A DNA stretch of 55,183 nucleotides, filler included, from Bipalium vagum (lineage: Eukaryota): assembly GCA_037834085.1 (NCBI GenBank). It is 3 parts of 3 records of this genome, joined end to end, with 100 filler letters (N's around TTAATTAATTAA, not from the genome) between each part and the next. Parts side by side here need not be neighbours in the genome. Positions count along the whole stretch, not along the records: positions 16,558 to 32,607 come from JBBMKC010129986.1; positions 32,708 to 55,183 come from JBBMKC010221128.1; 1 more part is not named here. One strand, 5' to 3'. Below, piece by piece: positions 26,481 through 39,980 of this stretch. A model generated the notes under the pieces. That model had not been told where the DNA came from. It worked only from the letters and a program-made list of their open reading frames with translations, and made no database searches. Both the position numbers and the translations under genes were made by a program. Each line of letters starts with the position of its first letter. Within the stretch, counting starts at the first letter, position 1.

Positions 26481-29400
26481 ATGTAGTGTTATTTGTTTTA
26501 CACACCCCTAATGTATAATACTGGCTTAGAAACAAGAGTTATTAAAGAAACATGTCTAAAAATTGTATGAAGGTGATCACGGAGCTGGTTAAAAGTATAC
26601 TGTTTTGCATATTTCACAAGAAAATGTCTCAAAGTAAACAATATTCCATGCTGCAAAGATACGACAATAAACTACCAGTCGAATGAAATTCAGGAAACTT
26701 TATAAAAAAGAAACAAAAATGTTTGATGAATAAATCATATTTAAATAATTCCTGAAAAGAATCAAAAAAACGAAAAAGGTAAGTCGGCTTTTCATATCTC
26801 ATGAGTTTCATGCTAGCAATAATACCTTGTTTATCTGGAGTCCCAGGGTTTGCTGGTTGGAACTGGTATAGGAAAATCTGAAGAAATACAAAAAATATAG
26901 AAATAAAAACGAAAAACGGAATGTGAAATACTCAAACTCGTCAAAAGGGTCAATTTTATTCTTTAAAAAATAAATAAATATGAAAAGTTTTTATAAAATA
27001 TTATTACTGGTTTGGATATGGTTGAATAATTGAAAAACCAAGTGATATGTGACCAACCATTATCAGAAATATATCAAAAGTGATGGGGTCTGATCATCGG
27101 TTGAGTGTCGGTCGTTATAATCCATTTACTCGTTTCCTGTATTCCTTCTGTTTGAGCATAAATTTTCTGAAATGATAAATTTAGTTCCTGATGTCAGAGA
27201 TTCCCTATCATCTTCTTTTCAACTTACTTTTCTCTATCAACTCCGGACCAGATCAATTGCCTTTAGTATTTCCTTTAATTATGACAAATTGGATAATATC
27301 CTCCAGTTTTTCAGATCAAAATGAGATGGTTCAAGCATAAAGAGGAATTGAGAAATTAATATATTTTCAGTCAGAAAAATATTTTTTATTATCACTTCCA
27401 ATTTATTATTTATTAATATAGTAATAAAATAAAATTGAAATATTATTATTATTGTTATAATTTTCCTTCTGAACCTCTTAGTCGATCATTATTGATTATA
27501 TTTCAGACTCTCAAAATTGGTTTATTGTTAGATCTCAAAGAACATCAAGAAGATCTATTGAAATAAGGTAAGTTCGGTTGAAATAAGCTTTCTTTTAGTT
27601 AAAAAATGTTATTCTGAATATTCAATTATTATGAAAAATCATAAATAATTAAATTATGACAATTGTAACAAAAATTAATCGATTAATTACTAAAATCCAG
27701 GTTAAGAAGAAAACTCAACTTATTTATCAAGGAACCCCCCCATGAATTATTATTTTTGTAAAACCATAATATTGATTACGTAAACGTTGAGTAAGGATGG
27801 TAATATATCATTTTTGATGGAATATCCGTGATAATTTGACTATTAATAAATGACTTCGGCATTATTCCTGGTATGGCTATCGGGTTGGTTATCCTATCGA
27901 ATATTGTATAAGAAGACAATCAAAATTCATTTGCTTGTCTAAAACTGAATCGATTAAGTGTACGTCTAAATTCAGTGATTGTTAACTTTAAATCACGTGT
28001 TCATTCGGAAAGTTCCAAAGTCATTGGAGTCAGATTATATGAGTCATGTAGACAGTATCTGAGCAAAATTTTTCGATGAGTTCGTACTAATGATTATTTG
28101 CACAAAGGATTGTCCTCGGGTCTTGAGCCTGCTTAACTACTAACATGTGAATGGTAAACTTTAAGGGGTACCGAGCAGAAGTTGATTTAAAGTGAATAGT
28201 CTAGTATTATGATTATTTCTAATTTATCCATTTGGTAATTCATTTTTACTCGGAATCCTCCTTTCATCCAAAGTTATTTCATTCTTACAAAATGATTTTG
28301 AAAACAACAGTTTAACTATGTCCTATCATCAACAAGATTTTTGAATTTCCCTCCAAATATTAATGTTATCAAAAGCGACATTAAATAAGAAATTTTTAAT
28401 TCGTATTGAGATTTTCCCGAATTTGATGCATCAGACATGAAAGTTAACTTACAATTCCCCAAATCAAGAGTGCAAAACAATATCTTCCTCAAAATAATTC
28501 CCAAAATATATATCACATTCAAACTTATGGCTTTAGTTTTCTCATCACCTATCAAACATTATCTTCCAGCTCAAAATTACTTCAGTCTACTGAGACCACT
28601 GAAAAATGGTTTTTAAAGACAGCGTATAAATAAAAAACCGAATATTTTTAATCAAAATAAACTTATCACGAAGTTCGTGAACTTTGGTTCATGTACTTCT
28701 TATTCTTGCATTAATAATCAGAAATTCTTAATTTTGTGTCTCACCATAAAGAACAGCTTAACATTTTTTTATATCTGATTAAAAATGTTTCTCTTATATT
28801 CGGTTGTTAACTCTTCAGAAAAATTTCTCAAAGAACCGGATAGAGAAACTACTTTTATGAAAATTTTCATAGCCAGCCAATCAGTCCTGTCGTTGTCTGT
28901 CTAATATTCTGGACAAAATAATTTATTTCCATTAATTTTTGATTCGTCATTAACTGTACATTTCAAGATAAAGTAAACTTAAAATAAATGACTGCTAGAT
29001 TTTCTCAAGTCGAAAAGATTATTAAAATTTAAATAACTAATTAATAATAAGTTTGGAAGGTATGAAAAAATCTTTACAATTCGGTTTATTGCATTTTTAT
29101 GTCAGCATAAATAGTTTTAAAACCTCCATATTTTTCCTTCGGACTCACTTGTGCCAGATAATTAGATCGCATGTAACACCATAACTTAAGATAACAGAAA
29201 AATCAATAAAATTCTTCATATTCAAAATGATGATAAATAAATATTTTCCAGAAACCAAAGGCGCAATTTTTTATTGATAATAACAACAATTTCTTTTTAT
29301 TTCCGTGACGGAAAAACATGAAAAATAGCTCGATCGATAACGATTTTTATATTTGACAAATGTTGATCAATAATACAGTGTGTTCCACATAAATCAATAA

Positions 29401-29634
29401 ATATACATGTTTATATATTTATAATATTTATGTACAGAATTTATTACAAGTAATTATCGATTTTTATCTAAATATATTTATATATATAGAAAGAAACATA
29501 AGGAGAGGAGATGAAGAGAAAAATCTCGACAGACTGAGAAAGAGATAATCGATTGCGATTTCGAATTTCTTACGTGCTCACACGAAGATGACACTGAGAA
29601 AAATCGATAATCAATTAATAAATTAAGAAAAAAA

Positions 29635-30813
29635 TCAATAAAATTTGATGTCGGCATCATCTGAGCCATTTGATTTCTGAGCCAATTTCAAAGCCGCTCT
29701 TTGATTCATCTTGAAAACGGCTATCATTTGCTTCCTTTTTTCGGCGTCGCTCATGGACGATAATGTCCGACACTGTCCTCCTTCTTCCGGATTGACCTGC
29801 ACTGTTTCAGTGACAGCACTGATGGATTTCTTTTTCGGCTGACCATTTTGAACGACTTGTTGATTATTTGGTTTTGTTTGGCAGCAAGAGGAGGAACGAT
29901 CTGACACAACCGAAACAGACTTCTTTCCGGTCCTGTACAGTGGTTGGGATGGTATCGATTTTCTGTTGGCGGTTCTGGTAGGTGTATTTTGTAATGTCGT
30001 GTTCGAATTCCTCTCCTGGAACGGTATCATCTTCCATCCATTAGCCCGAATTCGTTCGACTGTAACAAAGTTTCGATTGATGTCTTCGACCTGACCAAAC
30101 ACCATGTCCCAGAATCCACGCAGGTCCGAACTCAGGGTCGGCAGTTCGTTGTCGTGATTGATGCCGCTGATGTTCTTTTCACAAAGACCCTTGAATTGTA
30201 GCAGTTTTTCAGCTAAGAGCAACTTGGCCTTGCCAACCGTAACCATCAGCTGACCGGACACTGTATGGAGGAACGAAAAAAATAATGTTAAGCGAATGTC
30301 AAGAATAATCTGTAAATGCATACCCTCATCATCCAATTCCAGCAATGAGGCGTCTTCGAGATATTTCTGAACGATATCGATTTTATCGAGAATTTCATGC
30401 TCATGTCGACGGACAATTTCCAAAAAGTAATGACCATCGAACAGACCTTCCTCTCCCTTCTTTTCTCCTACTTCTCCTTTCTGTTCTTCTTTCTCCCGAT
30501 TGGCAACAATCCCATTTTCTTTCGGTCCTTGTTGTTCTATGTTGTGATCGATTTTCACCATTGAACTGAATTCGAGATTTGATTCGTCGTCATCGTTTCC
30601 ATTACCGACAAAATCGAATTCTTTGTTTGAACTTGTGGAAATATTATCGAAATTCAATTTTCCCGTTGGGGTTTGGGACGATTGGTGGTCAAAGGCTCTA
30701 TCTTTGATGCTTGACGAACTCAATTGTTTAGACACGGCTTTGCTTCGAGGGCTGTTATGAGATACGACCAACATTATCATAGAGGATTTTGCTACTAAAG
30801 ATTGGCTGTGTTC
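29635..30813 (-). CDS. GKAP-domain protein (DLGAP/SAPAP/vulcan/HURP family), 3' exons 30813-30324 and 30260-29635; the 5' end is uncertain
   Basis: DGHYFL...VSGQLMVTVGKAKLLLAEKLLQFKGLCEKN...PTLSSDLRGFWDMVFGQVEDINRNF..RANGWK is the GKAP homology domain. A 63-nt GT-AG intron (30323-30261) lies in frame inside the ORF. An acceptor at 30814 suggests upstream exons. Confidence 0.9.
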   Translation of the reverse strand, partial: EHSQSLVAKSSMIMLVVSHNSPRSKAVSKQLSSSSIKDRAFDHQSSQTPTGKLNFDNISTSSNKEFDFVGNGNDDDESNLEFSSMVKIDHNIEQQGPKENGIVANREKEEQKGEVGEKKGEEGLFDGHYFLEIVRRHEHEILDKIDIVQKYLEDASLLELDDEGMHLQIILDIRLTLFFSFLHTVSGQLMVTVGKAKLLLAEKLLQFKGLCEKNISGINHDNELPTLSSDLRGFWDMVFGQVEDINRNFVTVERIRANGWKMIPFQERNSNTTLQNTPTRTANRKSIPSQPLYRTGKKSVSVVSDRSSSCCQTKPNNQQVVQNGQPKKKSISAVTETVQVNPEEGGQCRTLSSMSDAEKRKQMIAVFKMNQRAALKLAQKSNGSDDADIKFY

Positions 30814-31594
30814 CTGAATCGATTAATACTTATTTAGTGTTGAAAAAATCGATAAATTTAAAAAATCCAGAAAATTTATTTAACCGATTTGATTTCAGAA
30901 CAAAATAGAAATCAATTGATAACATGAAAATTATTTTAAAATTTAAACATGTTCAATTAAAGAAAAATTATGGGAAAAATTACCGTTTTGATTTATTGGA
31001 AAAAAGCATAAAAATTTAAACAAAAATTTATTTGGATAGACTTTTTGAATTTATTTGTCAAATTAATTAAATATGTTACATAATTAGTAAAATTTTAAAA
31101 AAACTTATTTACAAAATTAGGATAAAAATTAAAATTATCATTGCAAAATTCTTTCTGTAAATAAATCACATATTTGGGGAAATAATTAATATTCCCAACT
31201 TTTTCAGGAAAATAAACAAAACAAAAATAATAGTTTCATAAAAAAATGAATATAAAAACTATAAAATATAAATTAACAATAATCAGAATAATTGGTGAAA
31301 TTCAAAACTATTACTAAATAATAATAATAATAAAATGAATTCTTAATAAAGTAATAAAAATAAAATCAATACTAATAAATAAATTGCAAAATTACAAAAA
31401 AATCAATTGTAAAAAAGACTTGTCAATATCGTTTTAAATTGATGGAAATAGAAACAGTCGATAATATTAAACTGGTAAGTCGTTTCATAAATCGTTTTTC
31501 AATAACGCATAAAAATAAGAAAAAATACAAGCATACTACAATCAATGAAATCAATTCAGGATGTTTAAATTGTTGACAAGGAATTGATGCTAAG

Positions 31595-31790
31595 ATGATG
31601 AATAATCAACCGACGAGAGACGATTTTCGGTATTGCATTCTTTATGATTTGTGAAAAGGAAAAAAGACTACAGAAACAACTTATAGCATAATTTCAGTTT
31701 ATATAAAAGCACTGGACGCCAGAACATGTCAACGTTGGTTTTCCAGATTTAGGAAAAGAGATTATTTTATTGATGACCGTCCATATTGAT
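31595..31790 (+). mobile_element. Mariner transposase N-terminal HTH remnant
   Basis: FRYCILYDL*KGKKTTE...ALDARTCQRWFSRFRK. Confidence 0.8.
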
Positions 31791-32530
31791 CTGAGCTTCG
31801 ACTATATCCATAAATTCCTTTCACATTCAAAATCCATTTTTTCAATTACTTTGGCTCTTTTAGGATCAGGACCTCTCATTCGATTTAAAATTTGAGAATT
31901 TTTAAAAATTTTGATTTCATAAAATTGTTGAATTTTATTGTAATAAATAATGATCGATTTAAAAATATTCAATCATACAATTGTATTGATATATTAGAGC
32001 GATAACAATGTTCAATTTTTCAACATCAGTATTAAATCTGTGTTAAAATCAATTGAAAATGATTTTTTAAAAATGCTAAAATTTATCTATTTTTAAATGG
32101 TGATAATCTCGCCTTCACAATTTTTGGGGAAATTCTTTGAAAAAATTAAATTTTTTTCAAATATAAAAATTAAATTTCCTATTAAAATAATCGATTGAAA
32201 AATTGAATTTATTCAAAACTTTCTATTGCCGAAAAAGGGTTTCAAAAAAAAAAAGTAAAAATCTAACTCGACTTCTTCGAAATTTTAGATCGCTTGGCCG
32301 TTGGGATTTTCTCAGCTGAAATAAAATTGACGTGAAAACTGAGAGAAATGGATGTTCTATTAACATTTTTAAAGAAAATATTTTTAATTTTTCTAATAGA
32401 AACATTTTATTATACCTCACATCAATTTTTTCCATTAATTTTTTATCAAAAATAAAAATTAACTTTCATGAAAATAATATCATCTTTATTATTGATTTTT
32501 TCATTAAAATTCATTTTATTTTTATTACCA

Positions 32531-32532
<2 letters not shown>

Positions 32533-32585
<53 letters not shown>
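32533..32585 (+). repeat. (ATT)n microsatellite
   Basis: About 17 perfect units next to a gap. Confidence 0.95.
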
Positions 32586-32586
<1 letters not shown>

Positions 32587-32607
32587 TTTATTGTGCTTAT
32601 GTAAGGC

Positions 32608-32707
32608 NNNNNNNNNNNNNNNNNNNNNNNNNNNNNNNNNNNNNNNNNNNNTTAATTAATTAANNNNNNNNNNNNNNNNNNNNNNNNNNNNNNNNNNNNN
32701 NNNNNNN
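32608..32707. other. Assembly gap with artificial TTAATTAATTAA linker
   Basis: Same 100-nt N-linker-N structure as at 16458. Confidence 0.97.
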
Positions 32708-32753
32708 GTTTGTTTGGTCCGACTTATGATATGCTAAGTTTGAAGTTATAAAA

Positions 32754-32781
32754 GATGCATTATTTTTGCACCAACCTAATA
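32754..32781. mobile_element. Mariner terminal inverted repeat (Hsmar1/MADE1-like)
   Basis: The reverse complement TATTAGGTTGGTGCAAAA matches the well-known cecropia-type mariner terminus. Confidence 0.75.
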
Positions 32782-35660
32782 TTTCCCCACCATCTCAATC
32801 ATTCTCTGGTGGCTTCTCCTTGTTACGGGGAGGACAGAATACTAAACCTTTTCCAATACATGTCAGATACTGTCTTCTTTCTTGAAAAGGTGGACCAGGT
32901 GAGGAGGTTGGACCAACTCGAGAGAGCTATAATACTTGAAAATAAATTCCTTTCTCATAACTGTTATATTTTCCTTTTGAAAAAAAACTCCTCATTATCA
33001 ACATATTTAAAACGGGGAACATCGCTCACCCTACCTTTCATTTCCCTTTTATTTCTTTGATCTTTATTATTATGTGAGTTATAAAAACTGCGCCATATTG
33101 GGATAGAAAAAATTTATTTTTCTCCACTAATTAATTATAAAATATTTTAAAAGAAATCTTTTAGTCGTGGAAACAAAACATTAAACGCAGAAATACATTA
33201 TTTGAACTCATTAGCATGGGTATTATTTTTTATATGATAATTTAATAATAATAATAATTTTTGTTTAAATTGATTGACTGTATTATTCGAATGATGAAGA
33301 CATTCAATTCATTGCGATATTTATTTATTTTATTTTTGTTTGAATAAAATTCCGTAAAAGAAGAAAGGGTTTCTTTTTTCGAAATTATTTTTTTTCATTA
33401 AATTTCACCACGACAATTAAATTAATAATTAAAACAATAATAATTACATTTTGAAAGTGGAAATAATAAAAACTGGTTCCAATGACATTTTTATAATTTA
33501 AAATGGCTGTGGAGTTCCTTCTTAATATTTTCCTTTAATAATAACAACTCGTGGTACACGTTTCACAATGATTATTGTTATTAATTGCTCAATATTCCTC
33601 AGTCAATAGAGGAAACAATTTAAACAAACAATTTCTTCAAAATTTCCCTATGAATTGAAAACGAACATTAATCATAATATTCCAATGGTTTACATTTTTC
33701 GTGAACGTTTCCCCCTTTTGCTTTCTGGGGAAATATTTGATATTCATATTGTATCAGAAAATTATTTATTAACCGTTTTTTATAATTTATAATTAATAAC
33801 GTTTTCAAAATAAAATATTAATAATTAAACATTCTTCTTCCTTAAAATTAATAATTATAATTTTTATTATGAATAAAAAGAAAATAATAAAATTATCAAT
33901 ATTTTAATTCTCTGTTCATTTAAGGATATAAAATAATATGTAGTAATATTTTATTTATATATTTTTTGAATGATATTTTTTATTTGATCACAAAGTTTTT
34001 TTTCAAAGGTAGTAATTATTGATATAAACGGAGCAAATCTTCCTCACTGTCTCCGAATAAGTTTTTTCCTTTAGGGTAATAAGATAACATAAGACTCATA
34101 AAATGCAATTTATTTTGTTCCTTTTGAAAATAATATTAAATAATTTAAATTTTAAAAAACAAAATCAATAATACTTTCAATTGATGCGTTTAAACAATAG
34201 CTTTGATAAATGTATATACGAGTATATATCTTTTTGATGTTAAAAGACAATTGTATAAAAACGCTACAAACTTATGTTACAACCTAACATATACTTTTGT
34301 AAATTTGCTTATTTCATGAAATATGGATTTTTAGATAATCAATCATATGATTATTTGATTATTCCTATCGAAGAAATTTGCTTGCTGAGAAAAAATGTTC
34401 AAAAATTATTCACATCTAACGGTGAATCATCAGATGAATTTTGTGAACTGGGAGACCGGTGCTCACATACAGAGAGTGGAACCCATATAGGATCAACTGA
34501 AGAATAAGAAAGTCACAATGAAGTCCAATATAGTTTGGTTTTAATATCATATTTGTATGAATGGATGTGAAGACAAACGTTCAAAGGAAGAATCCATAGG
34601 AAATTTTTCATTTAATAAATATTTAATTTTATAAACATTTTTTAATCATAAGTGTTTGAGTATCAGCCAACATTATCTTTTTATTTGACAACGATGGTGA
34701 AAACATAATAATCCTATTTTTTATTTTTTAATATTTTTTGCTATCATTTCATTTTTATCATTTAATAATAAATAAATAAAATAATTGACAATGCCTTGAA
34801 TTTAAAAATTTTCTTTTTGTAAACGTTTCTCTGCAGACCAAGAAAAAAGAGACAGTAAAAATTAATCTATTGTTTTTTTAAAATAGTTTTTTAAGTGAAA
34901 AATTCAAATTTTTTACTAACGAACCACAAAAACGTCATTAACAAAGGAGCACGATTGCTTATAGGAAATGCTTGAATGTAGTTTGAAAGGTACACATTAA
35001 AAATGGTAACCATTTGACCGAGGTAAAATATAAGGTGTAATTTCTATAAAATGTTACTTTATTAACGGCCATTTCTGCATCGAATTTTTACTGGTGATGA
35101 AATTAAGTGAGATATACGAAAAATAAGCTCAGAAAATCCCGAAAAAGGAAAAATGACCCAGCGGTATCGAAAGGTTTTTATCTTCAATAGTTATAAAATA
35201 ATTTTCTTCATTTTAATTTTTACCGAAATATTATTTCTTCAAGTAAAGGGAAATAAAACTTATTTTGAAAAAATTGGTGATTTAATGTCATCCTTTCCCT
35301 TTAAAAAATTTATGCCGGTTATAAAAAGTTCAATATTAAAACTTTAATAATTCAGGATACGCTTTCCACCTGTTATCACAGCTCTTTAGGATGTGACAGA
35401 ATAATTGGGAATTAAATATCATGGAAAGCATAAATATATAAAAATAAATATTATTTGACATAATTTATTATAAAAAGAAATTATATATCCTCAGGGGGCC
35501 CTTGGTTATTTGAATGAATTCCAAATAGTTTTCAATTTAAACTCAGTTATGCGAAAATGAGACCTGAACATGAATATATGTATTGTTAAGAAAAGTTTTC
35601 CATCTATCTTCATTATGTCTGGTAGAGTCTAGGTACTTCTTAACCTTATTAATATGCCGA

Positions 35661-36077
35661 TTATGAAAGTTTAAGCATTGTTAGCTGCGATAAATCACTT
35701 TTCAGAGTTTCTTTGTCCAATCTGTGCTCCATTAATCGGTCAGCAAACTCCGAGATTCTTTTTACAAACACATCCACATCTTCTTCTCCAAGCTTATAGT
35801 TGAATGCCTTTTTAAGATTCTTCACTCTTGATTTTACTTTCCCAAACGCCTTTCTCATTCGTTCTTCATAATCGGTCTTTGGATCTGTTCACTCATACTT
35901 CTCTCGAAGTTCGTTTTCTATCAATCCTATGACGGCTAATCCTCTAAAGTTTTTGGGTAATCCCAATATGTCGAAATAATCTTTACACTTGTGTAGAAAC
36001 TTATCGACGTCATCTGATCTTCGAAAAAATTCTGGCCTGATTGATTCGGCTAAGAATTCTCTGGTGGTGGTCGTCAA
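35661..36077 (-). mobile_element. Gag-like (LTR retrotransposon capsid) remnant
   Basis: Two ORFs in the same frame separated by one TGA. RPEFF...DVDKFLHKCKDYF resembles a gag N-terminus and is similar to the ORF at 53946-54257. Confidence 0.55.
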
Positions 36078-37998
36078 AATCAGTCATAGTTTGAACAATA
36101 TATTTTTTGAATGCTTTTTAAAACAATAATACTTAAACAACTTTTCCATTCTTAAAAAAATTAATATGTTGTGCCATTAAAAAATTAAAATAAATATACA
36201 AAATTAAATTAAATAAATATTAAAATTAAATTAATTAAAAATATAAATTAGGCACAATATAAAAATTAGAAATCAGTTTAAATACTCACAAGCATGAATT
36301 GGAGTTTAACTTTTAAAGGAAAACCCAAAGTTCTCAAACCCCCGGTACTGGATAATAATTTGAAGACACAGAAAGATGTTGCTAAAGAATGTGGTATTAG
36401 CGATACGGTCATTTCTAATTGGAAGAGGAAAAAGAAATGTTGAAAATGAATAATTAGAAAATGTTACCCTAGAATATTCATCTTGTAATTGAACATATGT
36501 AAATTTAATAAAAACGCTTAATTCGAATTCAACCAAATATGATATAAGGAAAACAAATAGCAACTCTAACAAACAATTCTAAAACGCGAACCAGTTAGTA
36601 ATATCGTGATATCCTACTCATCACTGAATTACAGAATCCAATTATGGAAACCTTTTATCAAATTCTAGGATCATTGAAAATATGTAGGATTAATAATACT
36701 GCTTATTTTCTAAACATCTCGAAAGCCATATTGAGATTCATGGCTCAAGAAGGAATTTATGTTTTGTGTTTTATATAAAATAAATAAATCCTTATTGTCA
36801 CATGTTAAAACCATTTGAGAAAACACCCTGGTTCATACAACTTTTTAATAAATATTTCGACTAATTTACACTTAATAAATTTTCCATGAAATGAAATGCC
36901 CTGTCAATAAATCATTAAGTAAATCCATTAGTCATAATTATTTACAACGTTTTATGTTTAAACTACGACATTAACAGACATCATAAATCATCTCTTCAAT
37001 TTGATTGGTTTCGGATATCTTCACATCCTTGATTGTGTAATATTTTTATTATATGTTAATGTATTTACTTCATAATGGCACCTCTTGGGTACACGGAATA
37101 GGATTGTTATTGATAAAAATATTTTGTTTCAATTAAATTGCACAAGGGTGAAGAAAAATATCTGAATATATTTCTTTTGTAACTTACTCATTTATAATAA
37201 TAATTTCTAAGAAAAAATATTACTGCTTCTAAAATTATATATTTATTAATTATTAAATTACAATCCTCATATTTTCCTTCCGATACCGATATTGTTTTTT
37301 CTAATTTTTGTTTAATATCAATTAGAATACTTCATTTATTCTTCAAGGAGCAACACTGGAACCCTAAGTACTACATTTACAAATTGAGATTATTAAAACG
37401 AGACCCGCTGAAGTGGAATGTTCGCCTAAGAGAATAGTCGGCTTAAGGACAAGATTCACGATTTAGCTGAACGAGTTGAAATCAGACCACATGGTATAAA
37501 AGGACAAAATTGTTTTATTTTACCTACATTGAATTCTCTTAATAATAATTTCTTTTTTTTTAGCTTTATATTTTTGTTTTAATTGACTCCTATTTAGGAA
37601 CAACAAAATTATGAAACGTGAAATAATAATTATTATTATTATTGTATTGCAGATGTAACACTTGTTTTTAGAGAATACTCTTCAATATGAGGAAACATTT
37701 TAATTAAAACAATAATATTCTAAATTAAATTAAATTAATAAAATTAAATTAATATTTACATATCTTCGATATCTGGATTCTGAATAACCTTTAATGATTA
37801 TCGAAGCTTTTCAAAGGCCACTCTTGTCATACAAATACCTTCTCGAGATAAAATGCTGAACTAATCTTCAAAATATATTTTCATTAAACCTTTTAAAGAA
37901 CAAAATTAAAAATAATATTAATTTGCTTACATCAACGAAAGCATTCCATCCAGTTAAGAAGGAAATATTTTTTTCACAATAATTTATATAATAAAAAA

Positions 37999-38131
37999 NN
38001 NNNNNNNNNNNNNNNNNNNNNNNNNNNNNNNNNNNNNNNNNNNNNNNNNNNNNNNNNNNNNNNNNNNNNNNNNNNNNNNNNNNNNNNNNNNNNNNNNNNN
38101 NNNNNNNNNNNNNNNNNNNNNNNNNNNNNNN
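37999..38131. other. Scaffold gap (N run)
   Basis: Run of N without a linker. Confidence 0.98.
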
Positions 38132-39599
38132 CTTTTATAAGAACTCTTATTGCTTAATTTTATACTTTAAATTTTGAAATGTAAATATACTGCAAATTTA
38201 TTACATTAAAAAGGATAAAGTAACTCAGTGGTGGCTATTTTTATTTAAGTCTGACTTTCAGTTTCATTAAGATATTATTATTAATATTGAAAATGAAAAA
38301 ATATTTTTTCATTGAATTAATTATAAAGGATCTGTCTTTTAATTAAGGATGTTACAGGAATATTATAAAAATCTCTCACTGTCAATAGCACATTTTAAGA
38401 TTTCAATGAAAATGTAATAAATATTATTGTTGCGTAATTTATAAATAATTAAAATTATTATTGCTGATAAGTATAAAATTATAAGTTTATATTAATATAT
38501 AAAGATGATTATTGAAATGAGTTTTCCCATCGCTGCATAAATTAATTTCATATTTATAAAATTGAAATAATATTATTCTTTTCAACTGCAAGTTTATCTT
38601 CAGAGCCGCTTCAATAGGCGAACAATATTGCTGTAGGATAGGTTTTTCTGACCCTAACAATTTTTTATAAAAACCATTTTGTAATTAATGTGACAATAAA
38701 GATCTTGTTGGGAACATATCTCCAAATATTACCAATATCACATTTTGATTATATATCATTATAATAAATTGTAACAGATTTGGTAATTGTTGCCAGTCAT
38801 ATATAATTGTCCTGGTACTTTCATATAACCGCTGAATAAATAAAATAAAATAAATCTGTAATATTCTGGTATGAAATTCTTTAAACCTGGTGACAAAACC
38901 CCACCATGAAAGCAGATCTCCTTTTTCGACTTTCTTTTCTCTTAGGAATCTCATTACTATATTCAGATTTACTAAGACAGATGCGTATTTTCGTTTTAAC
39001 CGATTACACGATATTATTAATAAAATATATATTAATAGTATAATTTTTTTGTGAAATTATGTTCAATTATCAAAAAGTATTACTAAAGAGTTATATCTAC
39101 TCTCTATGAAAAGAATCCGGATTAAAATGCCAAATATTATCAAATTGATAAATAAAGGATTGGTATGCTTGACTGTTAATTACCGCTACGATATCTACAC
39201 TTTCAGAATTCATAAAGTCAAGATTAAGTATAATGTTTATTTGATGAAAATAATTAAATAATTGAATAAAAGATTATTTTTATTATTTTTTCTACGTAAA
39301 TAAATTATATAATATTTTATTAACATTAATTTTATTATTTTCTTTTTAAAAGAAAACTTTAAATTTATTAAGAATTATTTGAAACATTATCTTACATTAA
39401 GGATTACATTTTAATATAATACTTTAAAATTATTTTATAATTATCTATAAATTATTTTTCATAATTTAATTTTTATTAAATGTTTATCCTTACAAAGAAA
39501 TTTTCATCTGAAAAAAGAAAAAATATTTATAAATTAATAAAAATTTAGAATGGTAAATTAGAAAATATGTAAAATACATTAAGAGTTATATTATATGAT

Positions 39600-39980
39600 T
39601 GTCACGCAGAAGAAACATTTGTTTTTGTTTGATTGTAAAATATGGTGATTGACAATTAATTTCTTGTTCAATTGTCTCAATAGACTTCTGTATTATTCCA
39701 CAGTATAAGTTTCAGATGATTTTAATAGTTTATAATAATGCTCTCCCTACATGTCAAATCAGATACTCAGAAAGACCTTGTGACCATGAGTATTTCTTTA
39801 TGGCTGTGAAGACTCGTCTGAACTCATATTTGTAACTCTATTTATCTTTTATATCACAATCCCCATTTCTAAAGCTTCTAAACCACTCGCAACATGCACT
39901 CTCGACTATTTTTTCATAATCATAAGTTTTGCAAGTTAATCGTGTTGCTATGAAGATGCTTTGCATTGATGAATATGTAT
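39600..39980 (-). mobile_element. Mariner N-terminal remnant
   Basis: CCEWFRSFRNGDCDIKDK resembles the mariner WFxRFxxGDFD motif. Confidence 0.6.

Noticed and set aside
29635-29637. Genome-wide TGA reassignment
   Set aside because: Real genes use TGG for Trp, have no in-frame TGA, and the DLGAP ORF ends plausibly at TGA. TGA at Trp positions in transposons is ordinary decay.
32332-32659. Poly-Leu and poly-Tyr ORFs
   Set aside because: Translations of an (ATT)n microsatellite.
37402-37420. GACCCGCTGAA resembling the 28S rRNA 5' region
   Set aside because: The match is only 11 nt and the flanks do not continue.
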